A stretch of DNA of 64,000 nucleotides, taken from NCBI GenBank assembly GCA_964549935.1, contig CAZJVT010000001.1:283922-347921 (forward strand). The letters are read 5' to 3'. Positions 18,446 through 29,700 of this stretch are shown one piece after another. The translations under genes were made by a program, and so were the position numbers. How positions within the stretch are numbered: position 1 is the first letter of the stretch; each line of letters opens with the position of its first letter. This stretch comes from an uncultured Candidatus Saccharibacteria bacterium. GTDB lineage: Bacteria > Patescibacteriota > Minisyncoccia > UBA6257 > 1-14-0-10-44-23. The notes under the pieces were generated by a model that saw only the letters and a program-made list of their open reading frames with translations, did not search any database and was not told the DNA's origin.

Positions 18446-19678
18446 ATGTACGACGTGATAGTCATTGGTGGTGGTCCGGCCGGGATGATGGCGGCCGGGA
18501 CGGCAGCCGAGCGAGGCCTCTCGGTGCTTTTGCTTGAAAAAAACTCCTCGCTGGGTAAGAAGCTGCTGATTACCGGTGGCGGGCGGTGCAACGTGACCAA
18601 TGCCGAGCCGAATTTGCGTACGCTGCTTGGGCGCTACAAAGGGAGCGATCAGTTTTTGTTTTCCGCGTTTTCGCAGTATGACAATCAAGGCACTTTAAAG
18701 TTTTTTAACGGTCGGGCGATGCCGACCAAAATCGAAAACGAAGGCCGGGTGTTTCCCAAGTCTGATTCCGCCCGTTCGGTTTGGGAGGTGCTCGTACAGT
18801 ATATGAAGCAGGGGAAGGTTAAGGTGCAGTCCGACGCGGAGGTCAAAGAAATGATTCTCGGTGCTGACGGCAAGGTCTCGGCGGTTCGTCTGCGCGACGG
18901 TTCGCAACTTACGGCAAAGTCCTTCATCGTCGCAACCGGCGGCTCCTCGCGTCCGGAGACCGGCTCAACCGGTGACGGCTTTGTTTGGCTCAAGAAGCTG
19001 GGGCATCGCATTATTCCAGTAAGCCGCGCGCTTGTCCCGGTCGCCCTCAAAGACGACTGGGTTAAGCGCCTCTCCGGCGTTACGCTTACCGATATTAAGC
19101 TGACGACGCTACTCGATGGCGAGAAGCAGGCGACGCGCAAAGGCAAGTTATTGTTTACGCACTTTGGTATTACCGGTCCGACGGTTTTAAATATGAGCCG
19201 CAGTATTGGCGAGCTGATTCCATACGGCGAGGTGGTTGTTTTGCTCGACCTAGTGCCGCAGTTTGACCACGGCGCCTTAAAAGAAAAAATGCACTTTGTT
19301 TTAACCAGTGAGAGTAACAAAAAAATTAAAAATAGTTTGACGAGCTTGATTCCGGCTGCGCTCGTCCCAGTCGTTTTAGAAATTGCCAAGATTGACGGCG
19401 AGACCTTTAGCCACAGCGTGAGTCGCGAAGACCGGATTAAGCTCATCGCGCTTATTAAGGCGATTCCGATGCAGGTCAAGGAGCTACTTGGCGAGGACAA
19501 GGCGATTGTTTCCTCTGGGGGAGTTGATTTAAGCGAGGTGAATTTCAAAACGATGCAGTCGCGCCTCCTGCCAAACGTCTACGTCATTGGCGACGTCTTA
19601 AATATCGACAGACCCTCGGGAGGCTATAGTTTGCAGCTCTGTTGGACGACCGGCTACGTGGCAGGGAGCAGCTGTTAG
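18446..19678 (+). CDS. HI0933/YhiN/BaiN family flavoprotein
   Basis: [38 protein letters not shown]. Confidence 0.92.
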   Translation: MYDVIVIGGGPAGMMAAGTAAERGLSVLLLEKNSSLGKKLLITGGGRCNVTNAEPNLRTLLGRYKGSDQFLFSAFSQYDNQGTLKFFNGRAMPTKIENEGRVFPKSDSARSVWEVLVQYMKQGKVKVQSDAEVKEMILGADGKVSAVRLRDGSQLTAKSFIVATGGSSRPETGSTGDGFVWLKKLGHRIIPVSRALVPVALKDDWVKRLSGVTLTDIKLTTLLDGEKQATRKGKLLFTHFGITGPTVLNMSRSIGELIPYGEVVVLLDLVPQFDHGALKEKMHFVLTSESNKKIKNSLTSLIPAALVPVVLEIAKIDGETFSHSVSREDRIKLIALIKAIPMQVKELLGEDKAIVSSGGVDLSEVNFKTMQSRLLPNVYVIGDVLNIDRPSGGYSLQLCWTTGYVAGSSC

Positions 19679-19719
19679 GGATTTTTGCTATTTCAGTAAA
19701 CAAGTTTAATAATGGAGTT

Positions 19720-20028
19720 ATGAAAAAAATATTGAAAATTGGGTTAACAATCTTAGCCTTCATTCTAGTTATTTATTATCTAATGTTCTATGTGCTCTCT
19801 GGCGTAAAGACCCCTTTCGCTAAGGCGTGCTACGGCATTAAAGTTGGAATGGAAAAAGAGACAGTTCTTCGCCTAATGAGTGATTTTGAAAATAAAGAGG
19901 AAGTAATTTTTCAGGAAAAAGACGGTGTCTTAGCATATGTTACTCCAGGATTATCTGGTGATTATCAGTGCTACGTATATCTAGCTGGGGGCGGTACGGT
20001 AAAGTCCGTAGTGAAGATTTTTGACTAG
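19720..20028 (+). CDS. Hypothetical membrane-anchored protein (AT-rich)
   Basis: N-terminal TM; ORF integrity. Confidence 0.6.
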   Translation: MKKILKIGLTILAFILVIYYLMFYVLSGVKTPFAKACYGIKVGMEKETVLRLMSDFENKEEVIFQEKDGVLAYVTPGLSGDYQCYVYLAGGGTVKSVVKIFD

Positions 20029-20164
20029 AATATTGAGACCCGTCGTTCTTGAAGTTTAAATGCCCCCCTAATAAAGAATAGGATAGACGATTTGACGTCG
20101 GTTGGCGTCTAGCCTCGGGTGTAACATTTTGGCTATTCTCCAAAAGAAGTGGCATAATCAAATC

Positions 20165-21082
20165 ATGAAAAAGGGTTTACGACAGTGGGTCGCCGATCGA
20201 AATAACAAGCTTTCGCTTTTTAAGCGCGGAAGACTAAGCCGTCTTGAATTTTTGAGGAATTACGCAATATCGTACATTCTTTCGTTCGTACCTTTTCTTA
20301 TTTCTCTTGCCTCTGCGATGCTTTTGGGCGGGGATGGAGCATGGCAGCATGCCCTCGAGAGCCTGCCCGTACGCATTATTCTTGTCTTAATTTGCCTGAC
20401 AATGTATGCGACTACGGTTCTTATCTATGTTTTTGCGTTCATGCAAAGAGCCCATGATTTTCATAAGTCGGGTTGGTTTATCTTGCTTTTGTTTGTTCCA
20501 TTGGTCAATTTTATTATTTTCCTAATATTTATATTTAAAAAAGGCGATCTAGCAGAGAATAAGTATGGCCCGCTCCCTCGCGGAGTTAAGCGCAAGTGGT
20601 TAATTTTTGCGGGAATCGCTTTTTGTCTTCTTATGACAATCAGCCTTATGCTCGTTGCTTTTCAAAAATTGAACTTTCCGACAGCTGAAAAGATTGTTGA
20701 TGTTTCCAGTCAGGCTTCTGACCAAGATAAAGAGTTATTGATAAGGGCTAAAAATGACCCTTTTGTAACTTACGTGAGAACAGCAATAAACGATTTCAAC
20801 GCGGGAAAAGCAGGCAATGTTGATTTAGGTAAATATCGGGAGTACTTACAAAGTAAATTTGTATTGATGCAAATCAATAATGCTGCGGTAATGGGAGGGA
20901 AAGATATGCTGATAGCGTTTACTGACAAACCAGAAATGTTCTTTTACGTTTGGGTATATAAGCAGGGCGATGGTGCCTATGAATTGAGGGCTTTTGCACC
21001 GTTTGAAATTCCTCCAGAAGAGGCAAAAAGGATCTATGACAATGCCAGGCCGGTTATAGAAGAATTACACTTGGCAATTTAG
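20165..21082 (+). CDS. DUF805-domain membrane protein with C-terminal extension
   Basis: GRLSRLEF, QRAHDFHKSGW, NKYGP. Confidence 0.8.
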   Translation: MKKGLRQWVADRNNKLSLFKRGRLSRLEFLRNYAISYILSFVPFLISLASAMLLGGDGAWQHALESLPVRIILVLICLTMYATTVLIYVFAFMQRAHDFHKSGWFILLLFVPLVNFIIFLIFIFKKGDLAENKYGPLPRGVKRKWLIFAGIAFCLLMTISLMLVAFQKLNFPTAEKIVDVSSQASDQDKELLIRAKNDPFVTYVRTAINDFNAGKAGNVDLGKYREYLQSKFVLMQINNAAVMGGKDMLIAFTDKPEMFFYVWVYKQGDGAYELRAFAPFEIPPEEAKRIYDNARPVIEELHLAI

Positions 21083-21084
21083 TT

Positions 21085-21552
21085 GTGAAAAGAATCTTTA
21101 AAATTTCTATACTAGCTTTGATTTTGGGTCTAGCGCTCTACTATTTTTATCCTGAGACGCGACTTCCTGGCGGTGCAACTATCAATAATATTGTCGTCGA
21201 TAAATCCGAACACCGAATGGATGTTTTTTCGGACGGCCTGCTCCTTAAGAGTTACAATGTATCACTCGGGAGAGGTGAGTGGGGTTGGCATAGTTCCGAC
21301 TGGGATAATATTACGCCAACAGGAGAATATATAATTGATTCTAAGTTTACGAATAGTAGTTTTCATAAAGCCTTGACTATTTCGTTTGGAAATCAGATTG
21401 AGATTCACGGTATGAGAAACCATTTGGGTTTAATCGGAAAGTTCCATAGATGGGTTGATTGGACGGCTGGTTGTATTGCTGTAACTAACGCAGAAGTAGA
21501 CGAGCTTTATCAGGCTGTGCCAGTAGGTACTAAAATCATCATTCGAGATTGA
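21085..21552 (+). CDS. L,D-transpeptidase (YkuD) family protein
   Basis: TPTGEY, IEIHG, WTAGCIAV, VPVGT. Confidence 0.85.
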   Translation: MKRIFKISILALILGLALYYFYPETRLPGGATINNIVVDKSEHRMDVFSDGLLLKSYNVSLGRGEWGWHSSDWDNITPTGEYIIDSKFTNSSFHKALTISFGNQIEIHGMRNHLGLIGKFHRWVDWTAGCIAVTNAEVDELYQAVPVGTKIIIRD

Positions 21553-21577
21553 TGGTGCGGGAGGGTTTTCAGGGGGC

Positions 21578-21606
21578 TTGACAAGATTTTAAAAGGGTGC
21601 TATAAT
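21578..21606 (+). promoter_or_regulatory. Consensus sigma70 promoter of the cold-shock gene
   Basis: TTGACA-17 bp-TATAAT with extended TG. Confidence 0.85.
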
Positions 21607-21676
21607 GGGTCTTATCCCACATTGGGATACAGAAAAATCGTCGAATTTCTCACACGTAAAACATCGTATTAAAAAT

Positions 21677-21877
21677 ATGACAGGAACAATCAAAACCCTT
21701 ACTGAGCGCGGATTTGGTTTCATTGCTCGCGAAGGCGAAGCAAAGGACCTTTTCTTCCACTCAAAGGATTTAGTTGGCATCACTTTTGATGCACTCAAAG
21801 TCGGCCAGGCCGTAAACTTTGAAGTCACCCAGGGCGAAAAGGGCCCGGCTGCAACCAACGTTACGCTCGTTGCGTAA
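21677..21877 (+). CDS. cspA: Cold-shock protein
   Basis: RNP1 GFGFI, RNP2 LFFH, KGPAATNV; 66 aa. Confidence 0.92.
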   Translation: MTGTIKTLTERGFGFIAREGEAKDLFFHSKDLVGITFDALKVGQAVNFEVTQGEKGPAATNVTLVA

Positions 21878-21879
21878 TG

Positions 21880-21919
21880 CAAACAAAAAACCGCTCCGTA
21901 AGGGGCGGTTTTTTGTTTG
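21880..21919 (+). terminator. Intrinsic terminator
   Basis: CAAACAAAAAACCGCTCC-GTAA-GGGGCGGTTTTTTGTTTG. Confidence 0.88.
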
Positions 21920-21946
21920 TCATAGTGCGCTATACTAGTCCTACTT

Positions 21947-23509
21947 ATGACCCAGGAGCAGGCGCTGACAATTTTAAAAAGCGGTGAGTCGGTTTTTTTA
22001 ACCGGTGAGCCTGGAGCCGGTAAGACGCACACCGTTAACGCTTACGTGCAGTATTTGCGCGAGCACGATATCGAACCGGCAATTACCGCCTCAACGGGCA
22101 TCGCCGCCACGCATATTCACGGAATGACGATTCACTCCTGGAGTGGTATCGCCATCAAGACCGAACTGACCAAAGCGGACTACGAGGCGATGGCGCACAA
22201 TAAGTTTTTGAATCGGCGGCTGCAAAACGCTACGGTTTTAATTATCGACGAGGTCTCGATGCTGGCGGCGCGGACGCTGGATATGGTGGACTCGGTCTGC
22301 CGTAAGATTCGTAATATTCAACGGCCGTTTGGCGGACTGCAAGTTGTTTTAGTCGGTGACTTTTTCCAGCTGCCGCCGGTTTCGCGTGGTGATGCGTCAG
22401 AACGAAAATTTGCTTTTGAGTCGGAGGCCTGGCAGGAGCTGCAGCCGACCGTTTGTTACTTAACCGAACAGCACCGTCAGGATGATCCGGATTTTTTAAA
22501 CGTTTTAGCAGCGATTCGTAGCGGCGAGTATGACACGACGCATCGGCAGCATCTGCAGCTGCGCGTCGGCCGGCACGAAAAAGTGGTCAAAGAATTGCCG
22601 CGGCTTTTTTCGCACAATGCGGACGTAGATACAATTAATACTCGCGAGCTGCGCAAGCTTGATGGCGGTGAGCGGGAGTTTATTATGCGCAGTAGTGGCG
22701 CGGAGCGGTTTGTCGAAACGCTTAAGCGGGGCTGTTTGTCGCCGGAGCGGCTGGTGCTCAAAGTTGGAGCGGCGGTGATGTGTACAAAAAACAACGCCGA
22801 GGACCGGTTTATCAATGGAACGCTGGCGACCGTAACCGGATTTTCGCCGGATACCGGCGAGCCGATTATCAAAACGCTGGAAGGGCGCACTATCATCGTT
22901 GAGCCGTTAGAATGGAGTATCGAGGAGGACGGCAAGGTGCGCGCGAGTATTACCCAGGTGCCACTACGGCTCGCCTGGGCGATGACGATTCACAAAAGCC
23001 AGGGGATGAGCATGGATGCGGCGGTTATTGATTTATCCAGCGCCTTTGAATATGGACAGGGTTACGTCGCGCTCTCTCGCGTGCGCCGATTGTCGGGATT
23101 ATATTTGTTGGGGATTAACGAGCGGGCGCTCCAGGTGCATCCGGAGGTTTTGGCACGCGACGAGGAGTTTCGTCAGCGTTCTGCGGCGGCTGCAGCCGGG
23201 CTGGAGCAGGGCTCGCCGGCACAGCGCTTAGAGTTGCAGAAGGATTTTATTTTAGAATGCGGAGGGAGAGTCACAATAAACAATAAACAAGAAACAAAAA
23301 ACGATAAACAAGGCGAGGAAAAGGGCGTTTGGCTCGCAAAGCAGCGCGAGAAAAATCCTAATGCCTACCAGCCATGGACGCCGAAGGACGATGAGCTGCT
23401 TACGACGATGTTTGAGGCGGGGATTGAGCGTGAAAAGATTGCGGAGTTTTTTAAACGTAAGCCAAGCGCGATTCGTTCGCGTTTAAAGAAGCTAGGACTG
23501 ATGGAATAG
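21947..23509 (+). CDS. Pif1-family SF1B helicase with small C-terminal HTH-like domain
   Basis: TGEPGAGKT, IDEVSM, FGGLQVVLVGDFFQLPPV, LAWAMTIHKSQG, GYVALSR. Confidence 0.9.
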   Translation: MTQEQALTILKSGESVFLTGEPGAGKTHTVNAYVQYLREHDIEPAITASTGIAATHIHGMTIHSWSGIAIKTELTKADYEAMAHNKFLNRRLQNATVLIIDEVSMLAARTLDMVDSVCRKIRNIQRPFGGLQVVLVGDFFQLPPVSRGDASERKFAFESEAWQELQPTVCYLTEQHRQDDPDFLNVLAAIRSGEYDTTHRQHLQLRVGRHEKVVKELPRLFSHNADVDTINTRELRKLDGGEREFIMRSSGAERFVETLKRGCLSPERLVLKVGAAVMCTKNNAEDRFINGTLATVTGFSPDTGEPIIKTLEGRTIIVEPLEWSIEEDGKVRASITQVPLRLAWAMTIHKSQGMSMDAAVIDLSSAFEYGQGYVALSRVRRLSGLYLLGINERALQVHPEVLARDEEFRQRSAAAAAGLEQGSPAQRLELQKDFILECGGRVTINNKQETKNDKQGEEKGVWLAKQREKNPNAYQPWTPKDDELLTTMFEAGIEREKIAEFFKRKPSAIRSRLKKLGLME

Positions 23510-23598
23510 TAGTCAGGAGTCAGAAGACAGGAGTTAGCAGGGAGAAAATGCAGAGATTGGATAGTAGTTAGGAGACAGGAGCTAGGAGTCAGCAGTAA
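23507..23598. repeat. Degenerate heptamer tandem array (YAGNAGN)
   Basis: TAGTAGT CAGGAGT CAGAAGA CAGGAGT ... TAGTAGT TAGGAGA CAGGAGC TAGGAGT. Confidence 0.7.
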
Positions 23599-23629
23599 GA
23601 AAATACGAATAGAAATAGCAAGGTTTTTC

Positions 23630-23662
23630 CTATGGGCATATTCGTGCGAATATGCCCATAAG
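23630..23662. repeat. Palindromic site, core ATTCGTGCGAAT (family copy 1)
   Basis: TATGGGCATATTCGTGCGAATATGCCCATA; 23639-23662 is an exact 24-bp inverted copy of 35275-35298. Confidence 0.8.
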
Positions 23663-23738
23663 CGTTTTCGGGAAAGGTACAAGAAACAGTGAATGCAGGA
23701 AATTTCGGGATTGTGTTATGCTGATACAAAATACATAT

Positions 23739-26700
23739 ATGAACATAGTAGAGCGTCTCAAGACCTGGTTTGCCGGACTCACGCAGCAGAAAAAGATCGG
23801 TAGCGGAGTAGTCGGGGTGGTTTTGATAGCGTTTGCAGTTTTCTTCATTTTGCATAAAGGTATCACCGGCAACTTCCCGTTTTTCACGCCGCAGGCGCAG
23901 TACCAAGTTGTTTACGAGTTAGTATCGGACAAAATTTCGCAGCACAGCGGCATCGTTGTAAACCTACCGGACGGCACTAAACTCGCCACCGCTACCACGA
24001 CGGATTCGGTTTCGTTTACGCCGCAGCTTACCGGCAGTTGGATAGAGACAAAGATTCCGAAGGCGCTTGTCTACAAACCGGCGGTGGAACTGAAAATCGG
24101 TTCGCACTACCAGGTCAGTTTGGCGACGACGGACGGCGTCATTAAAAAAGATTTCATCGTCGACGAGGACCCCAAAATAAGCAGCGTTTTCCCAAACCAA
24201 GACGCGGAGGCGGAGTTACATTCAGCTATAACGATCTCCTTTAACCGTCCGATGGTGCCGCTCACGACGCTTTCGGTTTTAGACGGCCTCAAAGTGCCGG
24301 TGACAATTACGCCGGCTACTAAAGGAAAGTTTAAGTGGATCTCGACGCGCACGCTGCAGTTTGTTCCGGAGACTGCGCTTATCGGTTCGACTAACTATGC
24401 AGTTACTGTTGGCTCACAGCTTGTTTCGATGGACGGTCTCGCTGTGCCACCGGCGACGTATCACTTTGCGACTAAGGCGCTGCGTCTTAACTACGCCTCG
24501 CAAGGCACGCTCACGTACAGCGCTCCAATGCGCTTCCAATTCAACCAGCCGGTTGATTTAGAGAAGACGAAGCCGGGTGTTCGGCTGTTATGGGCTTCAA
24601 AAGAGAATCTTGTGCCGCTCGTCCGGTATGGCAAAAGAATAGTCTCTGATTCAAACGGGAAGGCGGTCAGCGTTGAAGATAAGACGGTGCTCGAGGTTTT
24701 GCCGTCGGGAACGCTGCACGGCAACAACAACGTTTGGGATTTTGAATCGGCCTATCAGGCGTCTATCGACGTTGCGTATCCTATTGGCGGCGAGATAGTG
24801 CTGCGCCAGCCGAGTATCAGCCAAATAATCACTACACCCGCAATCGAGAGCGTCAAAGTCGATTCTCCGAGCACGACGCTTGGCGCCGTAGATTTATTTG
24901 ATCCAAACGGAACCACGACTGTTAATTTTTACGAAGACATTGATATCGGCAAGAGCGACATCAGCGTCAAAGGCTTGGCGGATATTAATTACGGCGAAAA
25001 GTGTGCCGGCGTGGAGCAGGTAAATAAGTACGGCTACTACGGCTCGTATGGCGCGCCGTGTGAAAAGGTCAGCGACCATTCGCAGTTGGTTTTCACATTT
25101 GATTCCGGTGCGAAGTTTAAACGTGGCGAGCAGGTGCCAATCACGTTTAGTAAAATTGTTAACGCGCAGGGCTTCCAGATTAATAAGGAGCCGATTACGG
25201 TACTGCTTACGGTGTATCCGGAGCTGCAGATTTTGCGGACGGCGCCGGCGGATAAGCAGGTAGGCGGCAGCTTGCGAGAATTCGTAATTTGCACCACTGT
25301 GCCGCTTAAAGAGAAGGATGCTGCTGATTTTAGTCGTGACGTGAAGTCGGACAGATATCTGTCCTTTGAGCGATTTAATCCTTCATATCGCGTTGATATC
25401 AATCGCGGGTATAACGAGAAGTGTAATCCGGGTGAGTATTCGACGCGCATCTACTATGGACTTATCCCGCTTAAACCGTATTCAATTACGATGCAGCTTG
25501 AGGATGTCTTTGGCGCGGCCACGACACTGAAGACTTCGTTTACTGCTGAAAATGCTTCTACCTTTTCGCTTGATATCCGTAGTATGCAAAAGGTATACAA
25601 CGTGACGGCACCGGAGCACACAAAGCTCACGTATGCGGCGGAGAACTTCCCGGTTGTACAAATGTCTATCTGTAAGCTTGACCCGAAGACGATGGTGGAC
25701 GAGCTGACGTCAGAAAGCGTTTACTCCAGTAGCCGCGCGCCGTATACTGCGGGATGTCTGGTAAACGTAAAAGATGATATCGCCGTGCCGCAGGAACAGT
25801 GGGTGTATCACTACTTCCAAATTGACCTAGCAAAGTACTTTAAAGATACGCGCGGGCAGTATCGCATTACGCTCACGCACCCGCAGTACACGGATTACCA
25901 GGGCCGCCAGACGTACTCAAACACCTACGTGAGCGTTACCAATCTCGCGGTTGTTGAAAAGCGCGTGCAGTGGTATTCGGACAACTATTATAGCCGAGAT
26001 GCGGCGAAGCTAGAAAACAAACTGGCGGTTCCCGATGACACGCGCGGCGTTGTCTATTTCGCGACTAATAGCGGGACGCTGGCGCCGATTGCCGGAGCCA
26101 CCGTGCGCGTTTATACAAAAAACGGTACAGACGCACCGCTCGATTTTGGACGTATTGGGGCAACCGACATTCGCGGTTTAGCCGAATTTTCACTGACAAA
26201 AAATGTCGCCGGTGCTGTTATAACCAGCCCGGACGGAGTTGATTCTGCCATCGTAACTTCTTGGGGTGACACGCTTGACTCCGGCGCCTGGGGTTGGGCT
26301 CGCGACGTACAGCGCACCTACCTTTATACCGACCGGCCAATCTATCGCCCGGGTCAGGAGGTGTTCTTCAAAGGCATTTATCGCATTAACTACGACGGGT
26401 TCTACAAGAAGCCAAGCGAGGACACGATGGCGGTTGAAATTTCCGACAGTAAGGGTGCTAAGGTGCTCTCACAGAATTTGCCCGTTTCAGACTTCGGCAC
26501 CTTTGGCTCGAGCTTGAAGCTTCCGGCTGACGCCGCCTTGGGCGCATACTACATCTCCGCAGGCGGGAATTCCGCGGTCTTTACTGTTTCGGCCTATGCC
26601 GCCGCCGCGTTTGATGCACAGGCAACTGCTGATAAGGACGAGTATGTTTCCGGTGATACAGCGACGCTGGACATCGCCGCCAAGTATTACTTCGGCGCGC

Positions 26701-29700
26701 CGCTTGATGGCGGATCGCTCTCCTGGAGTCTGACTACGCAGGATTATCACTTCGACCGCTACAGCGATGCAAACTTTAGTTTCGGTCGCGGTTGGTACAC
26801 CTGTGAGAGTTGTAACTATGGCGATACTTACCTAAAGAGTGGTACCGCTGATCTTGATCAAAACGGTAAGGCGCAGGTAAAACAGGCGCTTGATTTTAGC
26901 GAGCTGTTTAAAAAGGCTACAGATGTACAGAGCAAGATTTTCGTCTTCCACGGAACGATTAAGGACAAGCAGGGGAAGTCCGTCAGTTTCCAGAAGTCGT
27001 TTATCGTGCATCGCGGCGAGTTTTATCTTGGCATTAAGGCTGATCCGTCGTTTGTCCCGAGCAAGACTCCATTCAATGTTTTGGCAAAGACGGTTGACGT
27101 AACCGGTAAGCCAACGGGTGAGCTGGGACTTTCGTACACTATCGGCAAGGTCAGCTGGCAGTCGTTTAAACGCCAAGAAGTAGACGGCGGATTCTACAAC
27201 CGCAGCGAGCGCGTCGTAACCCCGGTTATCACCAAGAGTTTTAGAACCGATGGCACCGGTGATTACTCCGACGAGGTTACACTTTCTGAGCCGGGTGAGT
27301 ACGAAATCTCCGCAACGGGCACTGATCGGTCCGGCAATGAGATTACCGCCAAGGGCTATGTGTACGCGTATGGTGACGGCCAGGTAGATGTCCGCCAGAC
27401 CAACAACGCGACGTTAGATTTGAAGGCCGATAAGACCGATGTCAAAGTCGGGGATACTGCGCGCCTGGTTATTCAGAACCCGTTCCCACGAGCCAAGGCA
27501 TTAGTTTCAGTTGAGCGCGGCCGTATCTTCTCGTACGAGGTCCTGGATATTACCGACAGCATCTTCCAGTACTCATTTAGAGTGACGGATGACCACGTAC
27601 CAAATGTCTACGCCGCTGTCGTGTTGCTCGCGCCGGGCGGGCAGATGAAGTTTGGTAATTTGCAGTTTAATGTAAACCGCGACCAGAAAAAGCTTTCGAT
27701 TGAGATTACTACCAACAAGACTTCGTATCTGCCGGGCGAGCAGGTAACGCTGACCGTTAAAACGACTGATGCGCTCGGGCGCGCGGTGCCGGCCAACGTC
27801 TCGGTCGCTGTTGCGGACCTAAGTGTCCTCGCGCTCTCCGGTAATCCGAAAAAGAATCCGCTCGTCTTCTTCTACGACGGCTTCCCGCTCACTGTTTCGA
27901 CTGAAGCCAACACTAAAAATCTTTTGACCGAGACGCCGATTCCATCCGGCACGAAGGGTGGTAGCGGTGGCGGTGGAGACGGTCTGGCCAACAAAGTTCG
28001 CGGCGAGTTTAAAGACACGGCCTTCTGGCGTTCGGACGCCGTGACTAATGCGGCGGGCGTGGCGACGATGACCTTTACGCTGCCGGATAACTTGACCAAG
28101 TGGCAGGTGGAGTCCGTTGGTATTACGAAAGACACGCTAGTCGGTGCTTCGTACAAAGAAGTCATCGCACAGAAGCAGTTGATGGCGGTGCCGATTATCC
28201 CGCGCTTTGTTGTCCCGGGTGATGAGTTTATGGTCGGGCTGAAGATTTTCAACCAGACCAACGAGAGCCAGCCGCTTAACGCTTCTATCAAGAGCGCGAC
28301 GCTGAAGCTCGTCGGTGCTTCGCAAAAGAGTCTGACGATTGCCGCCGGTAAAACCGAGACGGTTTACTTCCCGGTTGTGGCTTCGGCGACGATGGACCGC
28401 GGCGTCCACACGCTCACGCTCTCGGCGCAAAACGAGGACTTTAACGACACTGTGGAGCAGCGCATTCCAATAACCCGCAATATGACTTACGAGGCGACTG
28501 CCACGGCTAATGGTACGACTGATGCAACCAGCAAGGAGTACTTATTCCTGCCGGGTAATGTCATCCCTGATCAGGGCGGACTGACGATTAAAACGAGTGC
28601 GACCCTGGCTCTCTATCTGACTGATGCGCTCACGTATATGTTCCAGTATCCATACGGCTGCAGTGAACAGATTGCCAGTAAGCTGCGCGCCATTGCTATC
28701 GCCAAACGCGTCCTCACGCTCCCGAACGTCGGCAAGCAGTTCGTGTTGCCGAAAGTTCAGTTTGACGGCAAGGAGTACTCTATCGATGACGCGGTAGCAA
28801 TTGGTATGAAGCAGATGCTCGACAACCAAAACGGTGACGGCGGTTTCACGTACTACAAGTGGTCGGGAGCGAAGAGCGACCCGGCGCTGACGGCGACGGT
28901 GCTGCAGTCGCTGATGGACCTGCGCGCGGCCGGCTACTCGGTTTCGCAGAACGTCATCGACTTGGCGGTCAACTACTCGTATAACCAGATCGGGTCGCAT
29001 ACCGAGCAGTACTACCGCGACAACCAGTATCAGTTTAACGAAATGATTGCCGTGCTCTCTGTACTCCAGCGGATCCGTACCTCAAGCGTTGCTTACGGAA
29101 GCGCAGTTCGTACCATTAGCAACATCGCCACGCAGTCGTATATTTCGGACAAGATGGGGAGTATGACGCTTGGCACGCTCGCACTGCTCACCGCGGATCC
29201 AAACACCTCGTTCTCGGCGGTGATGAAAACGCGTGCCTTTGCCGCTCTGCAAAACCGAGTCGCGATTGACTCGCGCGGTGCCTACGTCGCTCCACGCGAA
29301 GGATCGGTTTTATGGACCTTCTATGAGACTCGCGAAAAGGACAGCGCCCTGTTACTCGAGGCTGTGACTATCGACAAACGTGAGTATACCGAGACCGATA
29401 ATCTCATCCGCTCACTGATGGCCAGTCGCACTAAAGACGGCTCCTGGGGCTCAACAAACACGACTGCGACCGTTTTAAACGCCCTGGCTAAGTACCTGGA
29501 GTGGAAGCGGGAGCTTAGCTCGCAGTTTACCCTCGACACGCTGTTAGATGGTAAGAGTCTGGTAAAGAGCAGCTTCGGTCCGGACAACATCTTAAAGCCG
29601 ATTGAGACCTTCCTGGCGACGGACAAGATTGCGCTCGACAAGCTGCATCTCATCAGCTTCGCTAAAGAAAATCAAAACAAGGAGCCAAACAAGTTCTACT

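Noticed and set aside
23507-23662. Possible CRISPR array in the repeat-rich gaps
   Set aside because: No constant 25-45 bp repeats with unique spacers and no cas genes; these are short-period degenerate repeats and palindromes.
23652-23738. Upstream start of the alpha-2-macroglobulin ORF
   Set aside because: The ATG lies inside the palindromic site; ATG 23739, ahead of the TM segment, is more plausible.
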